Source: Octopus sinensis (taxonomy: Eukaryota). From it: DNA of 64,000 nt. Location of the stretch: positions 157,666,001 to 157,730,000 of the forward strand of contig NC_042999.1 in assembly GCF_006345805.1 (NCBI RefSeq). The letters are read 5' to 3'. Positions 26,225-37,780 of this stretch are shown piece after piece. Position numbers and translations under genes: made by a program. Below the pieces are notes generated by a model, which was given only the letters and a program-made list of their open reading frames with translations, was not told the origin of the DNA and searched no databases. How positions within the stretch are numbered: position 1 is the stretch's first letter; the number at the start of each line of letters is the position of its first letter.

Positions 26225-26520
26225 AACAACTTGCACATGCAAGTGCTACCAGTTAAAAGCTCCGTATACCGGAAGCTAGCAAGTTTATGGGGTCATCAGG
26301 AGAGAATGCGCGCCGTTTCGGGGCCTACCTCTCGACGGCATCAATGCGTCCCGGCCCCCGTCACTGATATGAGGCCCTGCTTGCTAGATCAGCTGGTTAT
26401 CAAATAAAGCTCAATATCCTTCTAGCCATCGCTCATCGTCTCTTTTTAACCAAATCCAGTGGCTAGCCTTCTCCACTGTAGACTGGATATCAGTCATGGT
26501 GGTATTGACTTTACGATGAG
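26225..26520 (+). mobile_element. Possible solo LTR or other repeat fragment
   Basis: GC-rich island with AATAAAGCTC in an AT-rich intron. Termini not defined. Confidence 0.25.
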
Positions 26521-26654
26521 TTAGGCCTAGCGATAACAACAGTTATACAATTTATAAGTATACACAGTATGTATATATCATCAACCTTTCGAGTGTTATG
26601 TAACTTATGTTGTATGGAAATCACCCATTCATTCTTACGTATACAGCCATTTAC

Positions 26655-26692
<38 letters not shown>

Positions 26693-27325
26693 GACACACT
26701 TTAGCAGTATAACATCAATAGTTGAATATCAAATGAAATTCAATAGTTCTTATAGTTACGAACAGGTTTAATGGACATTAATCACATTAATGTAGTTCGT
26801 TTTGGTTTTCTTGTTTTCTCTTGTGTTGATCTCAGCTGTTTATTTTAAGTGTTACTATGAATTATTAGGTATTATCCTCAACGGGATTATTGCATCAATA
26901 TCTGAGACGAAAAACGTATTTGTGGCTAGCAAAGCAGAGCTAGAGATAAAGTTGAGATTGCAAAGTTAGTTCATACGCCTCGTTGAAGCTAATTTACTTT
27001 GTTTTTTTTCACTTACCTCCTGTAACACTCGTTAAAAGAATCGTGAAGGTCACACTATTCGTCTTCTAAAAGCTACTCAGGGTTCATTTACTAAATCTCT
27101 ATCTCTTGATAAATCAATTAATGATGTATACAAAATTCCTCAATTAATTGGAATTTTTCTTGTTGTTGTTGAAAGAAAACAAAACTTATTTTACATTTAG
27201 AAATAAAGTTACGAAAAGTTTTTAACCAATATTAATTTACATAATTAAAAGATTTGAGCTACAATAAGTTACGCAAGTGAGTTAATGGCGTGGATTTAGA
27301 TAAATCTGGTAACCTCTTTTCTTAC

Positions 27326-27720
27326 CTCTTTTACTTGTTTCAGTCATTTGACTGTGGCCATGCTGGAGCACCGCCTTTAGTCGAGCAAATCGACCCCGGG
27401 ACTAATTCTTTGTAAGCCCAGTACTTATTCTATCAGTCCCTTTTGCTGATCCACTAAGTTACGGGGACGTAAACACACCAGCATCGGTTGTCAAGCAATG
27501 CTAGGAGGACAAACACAGACACACAAACACACACGCATATATATATATACATATATACGACAGGCTTCTTTCAGTTTCCGTCTACCAAATCCACTCACAA
27601 GGCTTTGGTCGGCCCGAGGCTATAGTAGAAGACACTTGCCCAAGATGCCACGCAGTGGGACTGAACCCGGAACCATGTGGTTGGTAAACAAGCTACCTAC
27701 CACACAGCCACTCCTGCGCC
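27326..27720 (-). mobile_element. SINE A
   Basis: Full-length match. Confidence 0.9.
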
Positions 27721-28083
27721 TGGTAAGGAGAGATGTACTGAATAACTTACACAGAAAATAATTCACAATTAACTGAAACTTGTCATACAGTTGAAGAAAG
27801 AAAACCAAATCCTAGCAGTAGTTGTTAGCGACCGTCAAAGTAGGGGGAGGTAATTTCAAGAAACTCAAATTAAATGTCCCAGAAGTAATCTACGTAGTTC
27901 TGGGACAATCTGATCTTGTTGGTAGATAAGAGGCAGCTGCGGATATATTCAGTTTATTAAACCTCATCGGTGAATCAAAGCCAAGATCAAGTTTGTCTTG
28001 GCTCCCATGTATTTTGTTTTCTCTATATGTGAAGTATTTGTCGACTGACCAAGCAGGTTCAAGTTTGAGTATGCTTTGCCGAC

Positions 28084-28477
28084 ATCTTTATATATAAAGA
28101 GAGGTTGTATGCTGTCTATCTCCTACGATTTAGATTCCTAACTACTCCCACATTTTGCGGTGCAGTTTAACCAAAACCGGGTATCTTATAGTCGTGATTC
28201 ATATCGAGCCCTTCTGGGTATTAGCGCGCGTCTACGATGAGTCTACGATTTAAAAAAAAATTACCATCAATTTTTACCATTTTAATGCATTTTTGGCATA
28301 TATTAGGGAAGTAACTCTCTAAAAATTTATTAAATCTCAGAACGTAAAAAGCTACAGTAACACCCCCATCCTTTGTGGTTAGCCATATTGAGATGGCCAT
28401 TATACTTTACATCTATAAAAATGCTTATATAGTTATTTTCCTTACAAATCCGAGCAACGCCGGGCGATACTGCTAGT
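28084..28477 (-). mobile_element. Helentron-like element
   Basis: Reverse complement of 15613-16014. Confidence 0.65.
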
Positions 28478-28667
28478 ATATAATATAATTGTTCGTAAGT
28501 TAAAATGTGTAGGATATTTAAAAAACTAGTTGTCACCTTTTCTGTCAATCAGTTTCCCTTCTAAGTATGTAAATTTACTTTTCTGAAATTAATTCCTAAT
28601 ATTTTGAAACCATAATCTTAAGCCACAATCATTGTCGAAGAAATGCTTATGAACCGAATGTACAAAC

Positions 28668-28703
<36 letters not shown>

Positions 28704-29143
28704 TTATATACATATACACGCATAAACATTCATACATCTTTACTCCCATATAAACTTTTATATATATATATAGGAGGAATTCCTACCACGTTTCGTAGTT
28801 TGCTACCTCAACATCCAGTGGCTAAAGACATCATAAGGAAGAACCACGTCTGATTTCGGCCCCTACTCCTCTACCGTTTTCGACGTGGCGCACACCCTTT
28901 CGGAGGTGTCTTTAGTTCTGGTGCTGAGTGTATTTCTTATCATATACATTTTTAAAATTATAGACGTTCACGCTTACAAACATAAACATATTTAAATCAG
29001 TCTAAGATCTATAAATATTCATATGTAATTTTTGTCAAATATTTCCCTGGTGAGATTCTTACCTATAAACATGAATCTTTATAAATTTATTATATGTCGG
29101 AATTGAAACAATTGCAGGATTATAATATTTATATTTATATAAA

Positions 29144-29541
29144 TACTAGCAGTATCGCCCGGCGTTGCTCGGGTTTGTAAGGGAAATAACTATACAGCAT
29201 TTTTAGAGAGTTATAGCCCCAAAATAGCAAAAAAAATGCATTAAAAATGGAAAAAATATGATGGTAAATTTTTTTAAAAATCGTTGACTCATCGTAGACA
29301 TTTTTAGAGAGTTACTTCCCTTTAAAAAAATATGCATGAAAATGGAAAAAAATGATGGTAAATTATTTTTAAAATCGTAGACTCATCGTAGACGCGCGCT
29401 AATACCCAGAAGGGCTCGATATGAATCACGACTATAAGATACCCGGTTTTGGTTAAACTGCACCGCAAAATGTGGGAGTAGTTAGGAATCTAAATCGAAG
29501 GGGACAGACACTCACACAACTACAGTTTTATATATAAAGAT
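29144..29541 (+). mobile_element. Helentron-like element
   Basis: Head-to-head with the copy at 28084-28477. Confidence 0.65.
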
Positions 29542-29937
29542 TATAAACATACACACACATCCAATAAGTTGACCGTGCAAATTTATGTTCGTTACAAAGG
29601 CTGTGTTCGCTGCTGATAGTTAATTCGTACACAGCTCGCCAGCGTTTCATGACTTCTCTAACTGTTTACTCAGTGGTAATCTATATCAGTTTGACGAGAT
29701 TTCGGCTTGTCATTCGGTGGTAGGGTGTCTCTGACTGACGAGGTGATGTCGAAATCACGTGATACAACAGTCCCGTCTGACCCTGCCGACTTAATTTGTG
29801 AAATTTAACACTACTGGTTTGGGGTTCGGTTCCACTGCATAGCACTTTGGGCAAGTGTCTTCTACTCTAATCCTGGACCGACCAATACCTTGTGAGGGAA
29901 TTTGGTTGGTAGAAACTGTATGGAAGCCTAATATAAT

Positions 29938-29974
<37 letters not shown>

Positions 29975-30120
29975 AGAGCAATAAAGATTCAAGTTAATTT
30001 AAATGAATTTACTTGAATATGGTACCTAACTTAGATGCACCAAAAAAAACTATACTGATTTAACAATACAGTAATGTGGGGTGATTATAAGCGAGAAAGA
30101 AGCAACAAGAATGGATAGGT

Positions 30121-30211
30121 TTTTAGTACGATCGTTTCATACAAGGACAGGTTTTATTAAAAGTTGCAAAGATTACAGCATATAAACGAGTCCCGTACTC
30201 ATCAGCTAAAA
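30121..30211 (-). ncRNA. Type I hammerhead ribozyme, mirror copy of 30402-30492, on the tetraspanin sense strand
   Basis: Exact reverse complement within the 210-bp-arm palindrome. Confidence 0.8.
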
Positions 30212-30401
30212 TACATGTAAGTTCTCTAGACATCCTAGTGTTTGAGGCTATACTCATGAAGTAATGTAGATAATTAAGTAACATAAACAGATTTTTAAAG
30301 AACTTTAATGAACTTTAGAAATCTGTTTATGTTACTTAATTATCTACATTACTTCATGAGTATAGCCTCAAACACTAGGATGTCTAGAGAACTTACATGT
30401 A

Positions 30402-30492
30402 TTTTAGCTGATGAGTACGGGACTCGTTTATATGCTGTAATCTTTGCAACTTTTAATAAAACCTGTCCTTGTATGAAACGATCGTACTAAAA
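30402..30492 (+). ncRNA. Type I hammerhead ribozyme (Penelope-type, minimal stem III)
   Basis: Stem I TTTTAG/CTAAAA, core CTGATGA (30408-30414), stem II GTACGGGAC/GTCCTTGTAT, then GAAA-C-GATC-G-TA. Predicted cleavage after 30486. Confidence 0.8.
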
Positions 30493-30544
30493 ACCTATCC
30501 ATTCTTGTTGCTTCTTTCTCGCGTATATATATATATATATATAA

Positions 30545-30600
30545 TGGCGGTGCCCCAGCATGGCCACAGCTCGTGAGCTGAAACTAGATAAAAATAAAAA
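30545..30600 (+). mobile_element. Extremely 5'-truncated CR1-like tail
   Basis: GGCGGTGCCCCAGCATGGCCACAGCTCGTGAGCTGAAACTAGATAAAAATAAAA. Confidence 0.6.
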
Positions 30601-33600
30601 AATATATATATATGTGTGTGTGCGAGTGTGTATCTTTGTGCTTGTTGCTCACTGAGTAACAACCGGTGTTAGTTTGTTTATGTCCCCGTAACTTGGTGGT
30701 TCTTCAAAAGAGACCATATAAATACCAACATTTTTTAAAAAGCGTATTTTGGGGTTGATTTGCTCGACTAAACTTTTGATAGTGGTATCCCATGGCTGCA
30801 GTCCAATGACTGTGTGTATGTGTGTGGGGGAGTGTTTTTATGCACATGCTCCTTATTTTCTAAGGCTCTTTTCATGAGCCGAGGCAAAATATTTTCACAT
30901 AGATAAAATAAGCTACAACATTCTTCAGTTTCCATGGTTTAAGGAACCAGAAATGTACTGAAAATTTTAGACAGAAGAGTTTCTGCTTAAGAGCACATTA
31001 AACGAAACATTTTTGCGGCATAATGAACTATTTTCACAAAATTTTAGGTACATAAAAACAGATAATAAAATCTGAGTTTATGTATATTATAAAAACTGTT
31101 TATTCTATAATTCAAATGAAATTAATAGCATATTCTAATTATGTAGGGGACATATTAAATAATATACTTTTATATACAACATAGCATAATATGTTCTCAA
31201 GAAATAATTTACGACCAAATAGTACAAGATTATATTGTATCGGATCACTAGTTATAGGAGTGAAGGTGTTTGATTAAGAGGTGTGTGACTCACTGAAGCA
31301 GACGATAGATATAACTGGATGTCATTCATTGGCCTTATGTCTTGTCACAAGAAATCAATACCTCGCCTGAAATAAATATCCTGAAGTGTTTATCCTAGAG
31401 GTGATATGAGAAATGACAGCAAATGAGGAAACTATTTCACCAATAATTATTTACGCCATAGAAAATTTTGGTGTAATACATTTCCTATTAGAATACATCA
31501 GTTCCATCTAAAGTGCACTTCAACCGTAGATCGAGTTTATGAATGATAGCTCAACCAGCTGGAAATAGCAGCCAAAGTCAATGAATTCAATGGTGTAAAT
31601 GGCAGAAGTACTCTGTAAGTGACAAGTATTTCATAACTTTTCAGCGTAGAGACCAATTCGCTTTATGGGAAAAGTTACTTGCCATAGAATACTTCTATAT
31701 CCAGTTTGGAATTCACTTTTCATTTATTTTATACTATAGAAAGTTGAGTTGAAGAACGGTCAATGAACGTTTGTAAAATGCGTTCTTACAATTAACCGTT
31801 CACAAATCTGTTTTTCTGGACAATGAACTTCAAGTGCAAACTTTAAAAGAGAGAGATGTCCAGTATTTATCTTTTCTGTTAGTAATTAATTCAGAATGTA
31901 CATACTTTGAAAAGACCGAATATATTGCAGACTTCTCACAGGAATAAAGTTAGTGTCATATCATTCGAGGAGCTTTGTGAAGTCAATGAAGATCTAACCA
32001 GATGTTATGTTAGATATGGAGAGGCTGCTGACCTTGCTATGGATAGGAGAGCAATAGCAAAAGCGGATTTGGCAGTATTGAGTCCACGACATCTCTCATG
32101 TTGTGGACTAGTCCGTTTTGAAAAGAAGGGCGTTGTTGAGAAAAGGATGAATTTCTGTGACTTGGGAACGGTTGAGAACAATGAAGATGTAGATATTTAC
32201 AGAAGCTGGTGGATAACAGAATTCGTGAAGCACTTGATAAAAAAGCAACATCTAATTATGTTCCTTTTTGTACTGCGTTCAAATTCAAAACGTTGCCTTT
32301 CATTTAGATACCATATCATAATGCACCAGGAAAGCGCTGATGGCAATGAAATCAACTGTTCATCTTCTCTTTAAAATGTATGCATTTGTGGTAAGGTTAA
32401 AAGATTGTATTTTCATAGTTTTCATTAACTGTGAAACAAATCTAAATAACTGTTTCCTAACATTATCTTCCTATGTCTTTGACTTTAATATCACAGAGCA
32501 GGTACACTAAAGCGACTTCACTTCGCCTTTTTACGAGTAGGTGTAAGAGTTTTAAGGAAGACGAAAATGAACATCGCAACAGTTATATTAAGGACGTAAC
32601 CTGGGTAAGTAAACTGAAATCTAGTCATTAAATTTGTTCGCTCGGAGCCTATCTTAAATTCTACGTGAAACTTGCAAGGTGAGGTGGACAAACTGATGTA
32701 ATGCATTCCCGAGGCAAAAAATACTAATAAACAAAATGTTTTCAAATTGTTTTCTTATCTTCTGTTTAATTTCCTATAGCTTCTACAACAGTATTTACTC
32801 ATTTGAACTAACATACTACATATTATTTCCATCTACTCCTCTGTCTTTCATTATCTCTACTGCATCCTGTACTCTAGATTTCCTAGAACAATCTTTGACC
32901 AATTATTATTTCCTCTCCCAAGACTGGGACTCTCTGAGATTTCCTCTTTGCCCACATTTTACATATAAGCATCAATCTAATGCGGCTTATATTCATGTCA
33001 GCTAAGTTGATCACACCATTCTGAGAAGGCCTACAAAGAGTCAAAAGTGATGCTCTCCTCTAATTCTTTTAGTTGAAAAACGAATAAAATATGAAAATAC
33101 GTCTTTATAAATATTGGATTTCTTTTAGCAAAACACAAGAATCAATAAAGTCAATAAATGCAATATCATAAGAGTTATATCATCATTACAGTTTCTTTAC
33201 AATTAATCTCAATTGAGATGAAGAGACAAAGAACATGATATACTAAAACGTTAAAATCTTAGTGATTATTGGTCTACTTAGTTTCATTTTCAAACGTTGA
33301 TGACAGTCCTTATATTTTGAAGAACGACTTTAAAGTCTTTTAATCAATACAAACACGAAGACAATTAATTGTTCTATACAATAATAAGTTGAACATTTAT
33401 AAATGATCTTTAATCGAAATTTGAATTTTTAACAGCAACATGTAGGTTTACTAATAATGTATATTTAAAATACTTTATAAATGCAAATGAAGAATGAATA
33501 AGATTGACAACAATTAATCAATGGCTTTATGCAGACACACTCCATTCATGTGGATGTTCCATCATAGTTGTCTGAATCGTATAAGTAGCACTTGAAACTT

Positions 33601-33914
33601 CACCATCACGTTCAGGTTAAAGCAAACAGTGGGGGAATATTTAAAATTCAAATCTGCTTGTTAATGAACCACTCATTAATTATACAATGATGAATCAACT
33701 TACAAGTTGTTCATCTAAGCAGACTTATTCAACGAAAGTTGTTTCCTGCTCATGTCGATGAGGTGTCTTTAGTAAATACGCTGATTGTTAGAGTTGATTT
33801 ATAATCAACTCTACCAGTTACGATACCCAACCAGCTGTGAATGTGTATGTAGAGATTACACTGGTTTACTTAACGAGAAAAACTTCGTTGAAAGAGACTT
33901 AGGATCATACTTAC

Positions 33915-34130
33915 AAATGTAAGACAGCACTTGCTTTCACTACAGACTGACACAATTGCCAGAAGTCCAAACATTAAGGCTGCACAACCTCCTGCAATGA
34001 CCACATAAGCACCCAGTTCCACAATACTGGGTTCCAATCGTTGAAGCTCATTCACTTTGGTGAAAGCTAGCGATGATGCATCGTCAAGAATAATCCAAAG
34101 TCCCAGACCAATACTAATGGCCCCAGAAAA
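33915..34130 (-). CDS. Tetraspanin coding exon 2 (end of TM1, EC1, TM2, inner loop): FSGAISIGLGLWIILDDASSLAFTKVNELQRLEPSIVELGAYVVIAGGCAALMFGLLAIVSVCSESKCCLTF
   Basis: 216 nt, open frame, acceptor attctttcttttctag|, donor TTT|gtaagt. Motifs G-x-G-L-W, GAY-hydrophobic-G and E-S-K-C-C-L are typical of tetraspanins. Confidence 0.95.
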
Positions 34131-34252
34131 CTAGAAAAGAAAGAATATGAATTAAATGATATGAAAATAAAATTAAAAAAAAACAAAAGGATTTTAGCAA
34201 AGCTATACAGAGTTAAACATTCTTTCTATAAAATAAAATAATCACTATTTCG

Positions 34253-34308
<56 letters not shown>

Positions 34309-34313
<5 letters not shown>

Positions 34314-34605
34314 CCAAGAAAAAAGCAACAATAATGGATCGGTAGTTTAGTACAATTGTTTATACTATAAACATTTTATTTAAAGCTGCAAATATTACAT
34401 TATATTTGCTGTAATATTTGCAGCTTTAAATAAAATGTTTATAGTATGAAACAATTGTATTAAACTACCGATCCATTATTGTTGCTTTTTTTCTTGGTTA
34501 TAATCACCCCACATAATTTTATGGTTAATACCATAAAGAATTCTGGTGCATCTAAGTTAAGTACCATATTCATTTGAATTCATTTGAATTTTAATTGTTT
34601 TGCTG
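34309..34605. mobile_element. Shorter relative of the 29970-30522 fold-back in opposite orientation (arms about 90 bp, 10-nt loop)
   Basis: Shares GCAACAA-AATGGAT and the AATCACCCCACAT...GGTGCATCTAAGTTA-GTACCATATTCA flank. Retains GAAA-C-AATT-G-TA but lacks CTGATGA. Confidence 0.8.
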
Positions 34606-34667
<62 letters not shown>

Positions 34668-34673
<6 letters not shown>

Positions 34674-34980
34674 GAAAAAAAACACCTTTTATCAATTCAA
34701 AATGAACAATTAAATTACACCATCTAGAAAATTACATATTAAAGAAATATTAAAATTACAATAACAATAAAATGTCAACGATTAAGAAAATTGCAAAAAA
34801 ATAATGAAAACGTATATAATTGATAGAATAACAACACGTGTTTCGTGGCTATATTTAAGAAATGATTATAGTAGTAGTGAAATCACTTCGATATAAATAT
34901 AGTCACTCATCAGGTTAAAAATAAACTGGAACAATAAAATAATTAATTAATAAATATACTTTAATATATTTAGTATTTTC
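34668..34980 (-). mobile_element. Penelope-like pseudo-LTR fragment between (TA)n blocks, carrying a hammerhead
   Basis: Assignment rests on the hammerhead type and the (TA)n context. Confidence 0.55.
34829..34917 (-). ncRNA. Type I hammerhead ribozyme in tetraspanin coding intron 1, sense strand
   Basis: Stem I TAAC/GTTA, core CTGATGA, long stem II (12 of 13 pairs plus a 9-pair helix), then GAAA-C-ACGT-G-TT. Predicted cleavage between 34833 and 34832. Confidence 0.75.
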
Positions 34981-35338
34981 ATATATATATATATATATAT
35001 ACGAGATCAACGCTTGTGTATCACTTAAAGTATATATAGTTTGCGAGTGGAGAAAGCTTTCATCAACAGCCAGTGATTGTCTCACATTGAAGACGGGTAT
35101 ACATCCAGAAACCATGGTCTGTGAGTATCACGTAAGGCTGGAGATGGGAGCGATGACCTCCCTTGCAAACACTATACGGACATAGACTGTGTGTCGATAG
35201 GCAGCTAGAAATGATGTTTTCCTGGGCTAAAACAACAGTAACATTATCCTTTATAGGACCGCCGCAGGCTGTTGGCAGTAAACTTTACTATTCCGGACTG
35301 TTAATGTATATCTCTCACTGAGATATTTAAAACAAGTT

Positions 35339-35399
<61 letters not shown>

Positions 35400-35401
35400 G
35401 A

Positions 35402-35435
<34 letters not shown>

Positions 35436-35455
35436 TACATATATATATATATATA

Positions 35456-35489
<34 letters not shown>

Positions 35490-35528
35490 TATATATATAT
35501 ATATATATATGAATATATATATATATAT

Positions 35529-35633
<105 letters not shown>

Positions 35634-36114
35634 ATATGCATATATCACAGCTGCATCCTCGTTACACGAGAAAAGCCATTGCCAAGAAGACTTACTGAAA
35701 TGATTCATGATTGTTGCCATGTGATGCCCTTATATGACTTTTATGCCCAGCCAAGCTTTTACACATTTTATTACATATTAGACAACTGTGCTGGCTGGCA
35801 GGAGAAACAGGTGCCACCATATGCACTCTCTTAACATGTCGTTTTAGACCTCCAATTGAGAGGCACACTTTTCCACATTTAACACGTTCTCTTGTGAATT
35901 TTAATAGTCACATCATTGTTTATCATGGATCGAGTTCTGTGAGAATTTTGATGGCTCACCAGGTTTGGAATTATTAGCATTTGAAGCTTCTTGGATTTCA
36001 TCGCATCTATCACTCCACCAATTTTTTCTGCATCATCCGTAGCTTCCTCTGCACAGTTGCTTTTACTGCTTTGAAATATGTAGCCACTGTTCTTTTCGTT
36101 GATATATATATCGT

Positions 36115-36449
36115 GGCACTCCGTCGGGGGTTCCAGTTGATCCGATCAACAGAACAGACTGCTTGTGAAATTAATGTGCAACTGGCCGAGTACTCCACAA
36201 ATACGTGTACCCTTAACGTAGTTCTCGGGGAGATTCAGGGTGACACAGAGTGTGACAAGGCTGCTCCTTTGAAATACAAGTACAGCAGAAACAGGAAGAA
36301 AGAGTGAGACAAATTTGTGATGGAAGAATACAGCAGGGTTCGCCACCACCAGCTGCCGGAGCCTCGTGGAGATTTAGGTGTTTTCACTCAATAAACACTC
36401 ACAACACCCGCGAGTCCGCTGCCCTAACCACTGGGCCATTGTGCCTCTA
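36115..36449 (-). mobile_element. SINE family C (3' module type 2)
   Basis: Reverse complement of 11416-11796. Confidence 0.85.
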
Positions 36450-37367
36450 CACACACATACATACACACATACACACACACACACATACACACACACGCAC
36501 ACATACACACACACATATATGAGAGTAGCTTCCTTGTATTTCATAAAATTTCCCTCCTTTAAAATGTCCCTTTGATTACTAAACGTTGTCTTGCAAACAC
36601 TTTAAGATAAGGGGTTACAGCCAGCAACATTAACTAACACTACTATGTGACATAGACTTATAATTAAAATAACGGGATGTGGAGTATTTTTAATGATTTA
36701 AAGGTGGAAGGGCAACATCCATGACCTGTGTGCAGGGCCTCTGACACTTGATGGCAAAAAAAAGAGGGAGAAAAAACTGCTCAACCAGGTATCAAGTTAT
36801 TATCTGACTAGGATCAGGGGTTGATGTTAAATGGGCGATACATTCGGTGTACCATTCAGAAACATGTGCAGTCTATACGACATGCTTCAACAAAATTTTC
36901 GTTACAAGACATAGATCGACCCAAACCTATGGCAGAAGGCATCAACACAAAATGCCTTGCGGTGTGAGACTGAACATGGGACAGTGTAATCATATTAATC
37001 ACGCGATCAAGCTAGCTCGCTGTGGCATAATAAAATGTAATACAGTGTCAACAAGATGATAATTATCTTGACATTTTCCTTATTTCCTACTTATTGGAGC
37101 ATTTAATGTTTATACATCTAAGACAGTACATGGTTCGAAAGGTCGTTGATCCGTTCCTTATCGGAATTGCGCTGTGTTTGTGACCAGAATATTTAACTCT
37201 TAAACGAGCCTGCCCACTTAAATATGAATGGATACTACTGGATATAAACATCTCGCTGTTCTTAGTGCCAACACCTAATACTTAACAAATGCTGTGCCGA
37301 GTTCAATCCTCGTGAGCTTGGAGAAGAGATCAGAAAACAACTCAATATTCATAGAACTCAATATTCT

Positions 37368-37577
37368 CTTTACTCTTTTACTTGTTTCAGTCATCTGACT
37401 GCGGCCATGCTGGAGCACCGCCTTTAGTCGAGCAAATCGATCCCCGGACTTATTCTTTGTAAGCCCAGTACTTATTCTATCGGTCTATTTTGCCGAACCG
37501 CTGAGTGACGGGGACGTAAACACACCAGCATCAGTTGTCAAGCAATGCTAGGGGGACAAACACAGACACACAAACAC

Positions 37578-37612
<35 letters not shown>

Positions 37613-37780
37613 CATATATACGACAGGCTTCTTTCAGCTTCCGTCTACCAAATCCGCTCACAAGGCATTGGTCGGCCCGGGGCTATAGCAGAAGACACTT
37701 GCCCAAGATGTCACGCAGTGGGACTGAATCCGGAACCATGTGGCTGGTAAGCAAGCTACTTACCATACAGCCACTCCTGC
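37368..37780 (-). mobile_element. SINE A
   Basis: Full-length match. Confidence 0.9.

Larger units (their letters stand above)
29970..30522. mobile_element. Penelope-derived fold-back: 210-bp inverted arms (30091-30300, 30313-30522), 12-nt loop, (TA)n flanks
   Basis: Arms are symmetric with no indel and one mismatch seen. Each arm carries a hammerhead. Confidence 0.85.

Noticed and set aside
26291-26325. GAAAC and CTGATGA close together on the minus strand
   Set aside because: Stem II would need CCCC to pair with CCCC and there is no stem I, so it cannot fold as a hammerhead.
29731-29770. CTGACGA...GAAAT-CACGTG-ATA as an active hammerhead
   Set aside because: Stem I does not pair and stem II is marginal. 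Counted only as a relic.
31294-31366. 73-nt minus-strand segment with good acceptor and donor
   Set aside because: Stops in all three frames and frame-shifting length. At most a cryptic or poison exon, with no support.
32095-32109. CCG motif (LSCCG) in the plus-strand ORF as the missing tetraspanin exon
   Set aside because: Wrong strand and wrong order. The CCG exon must follow exon 4, left of 3469.
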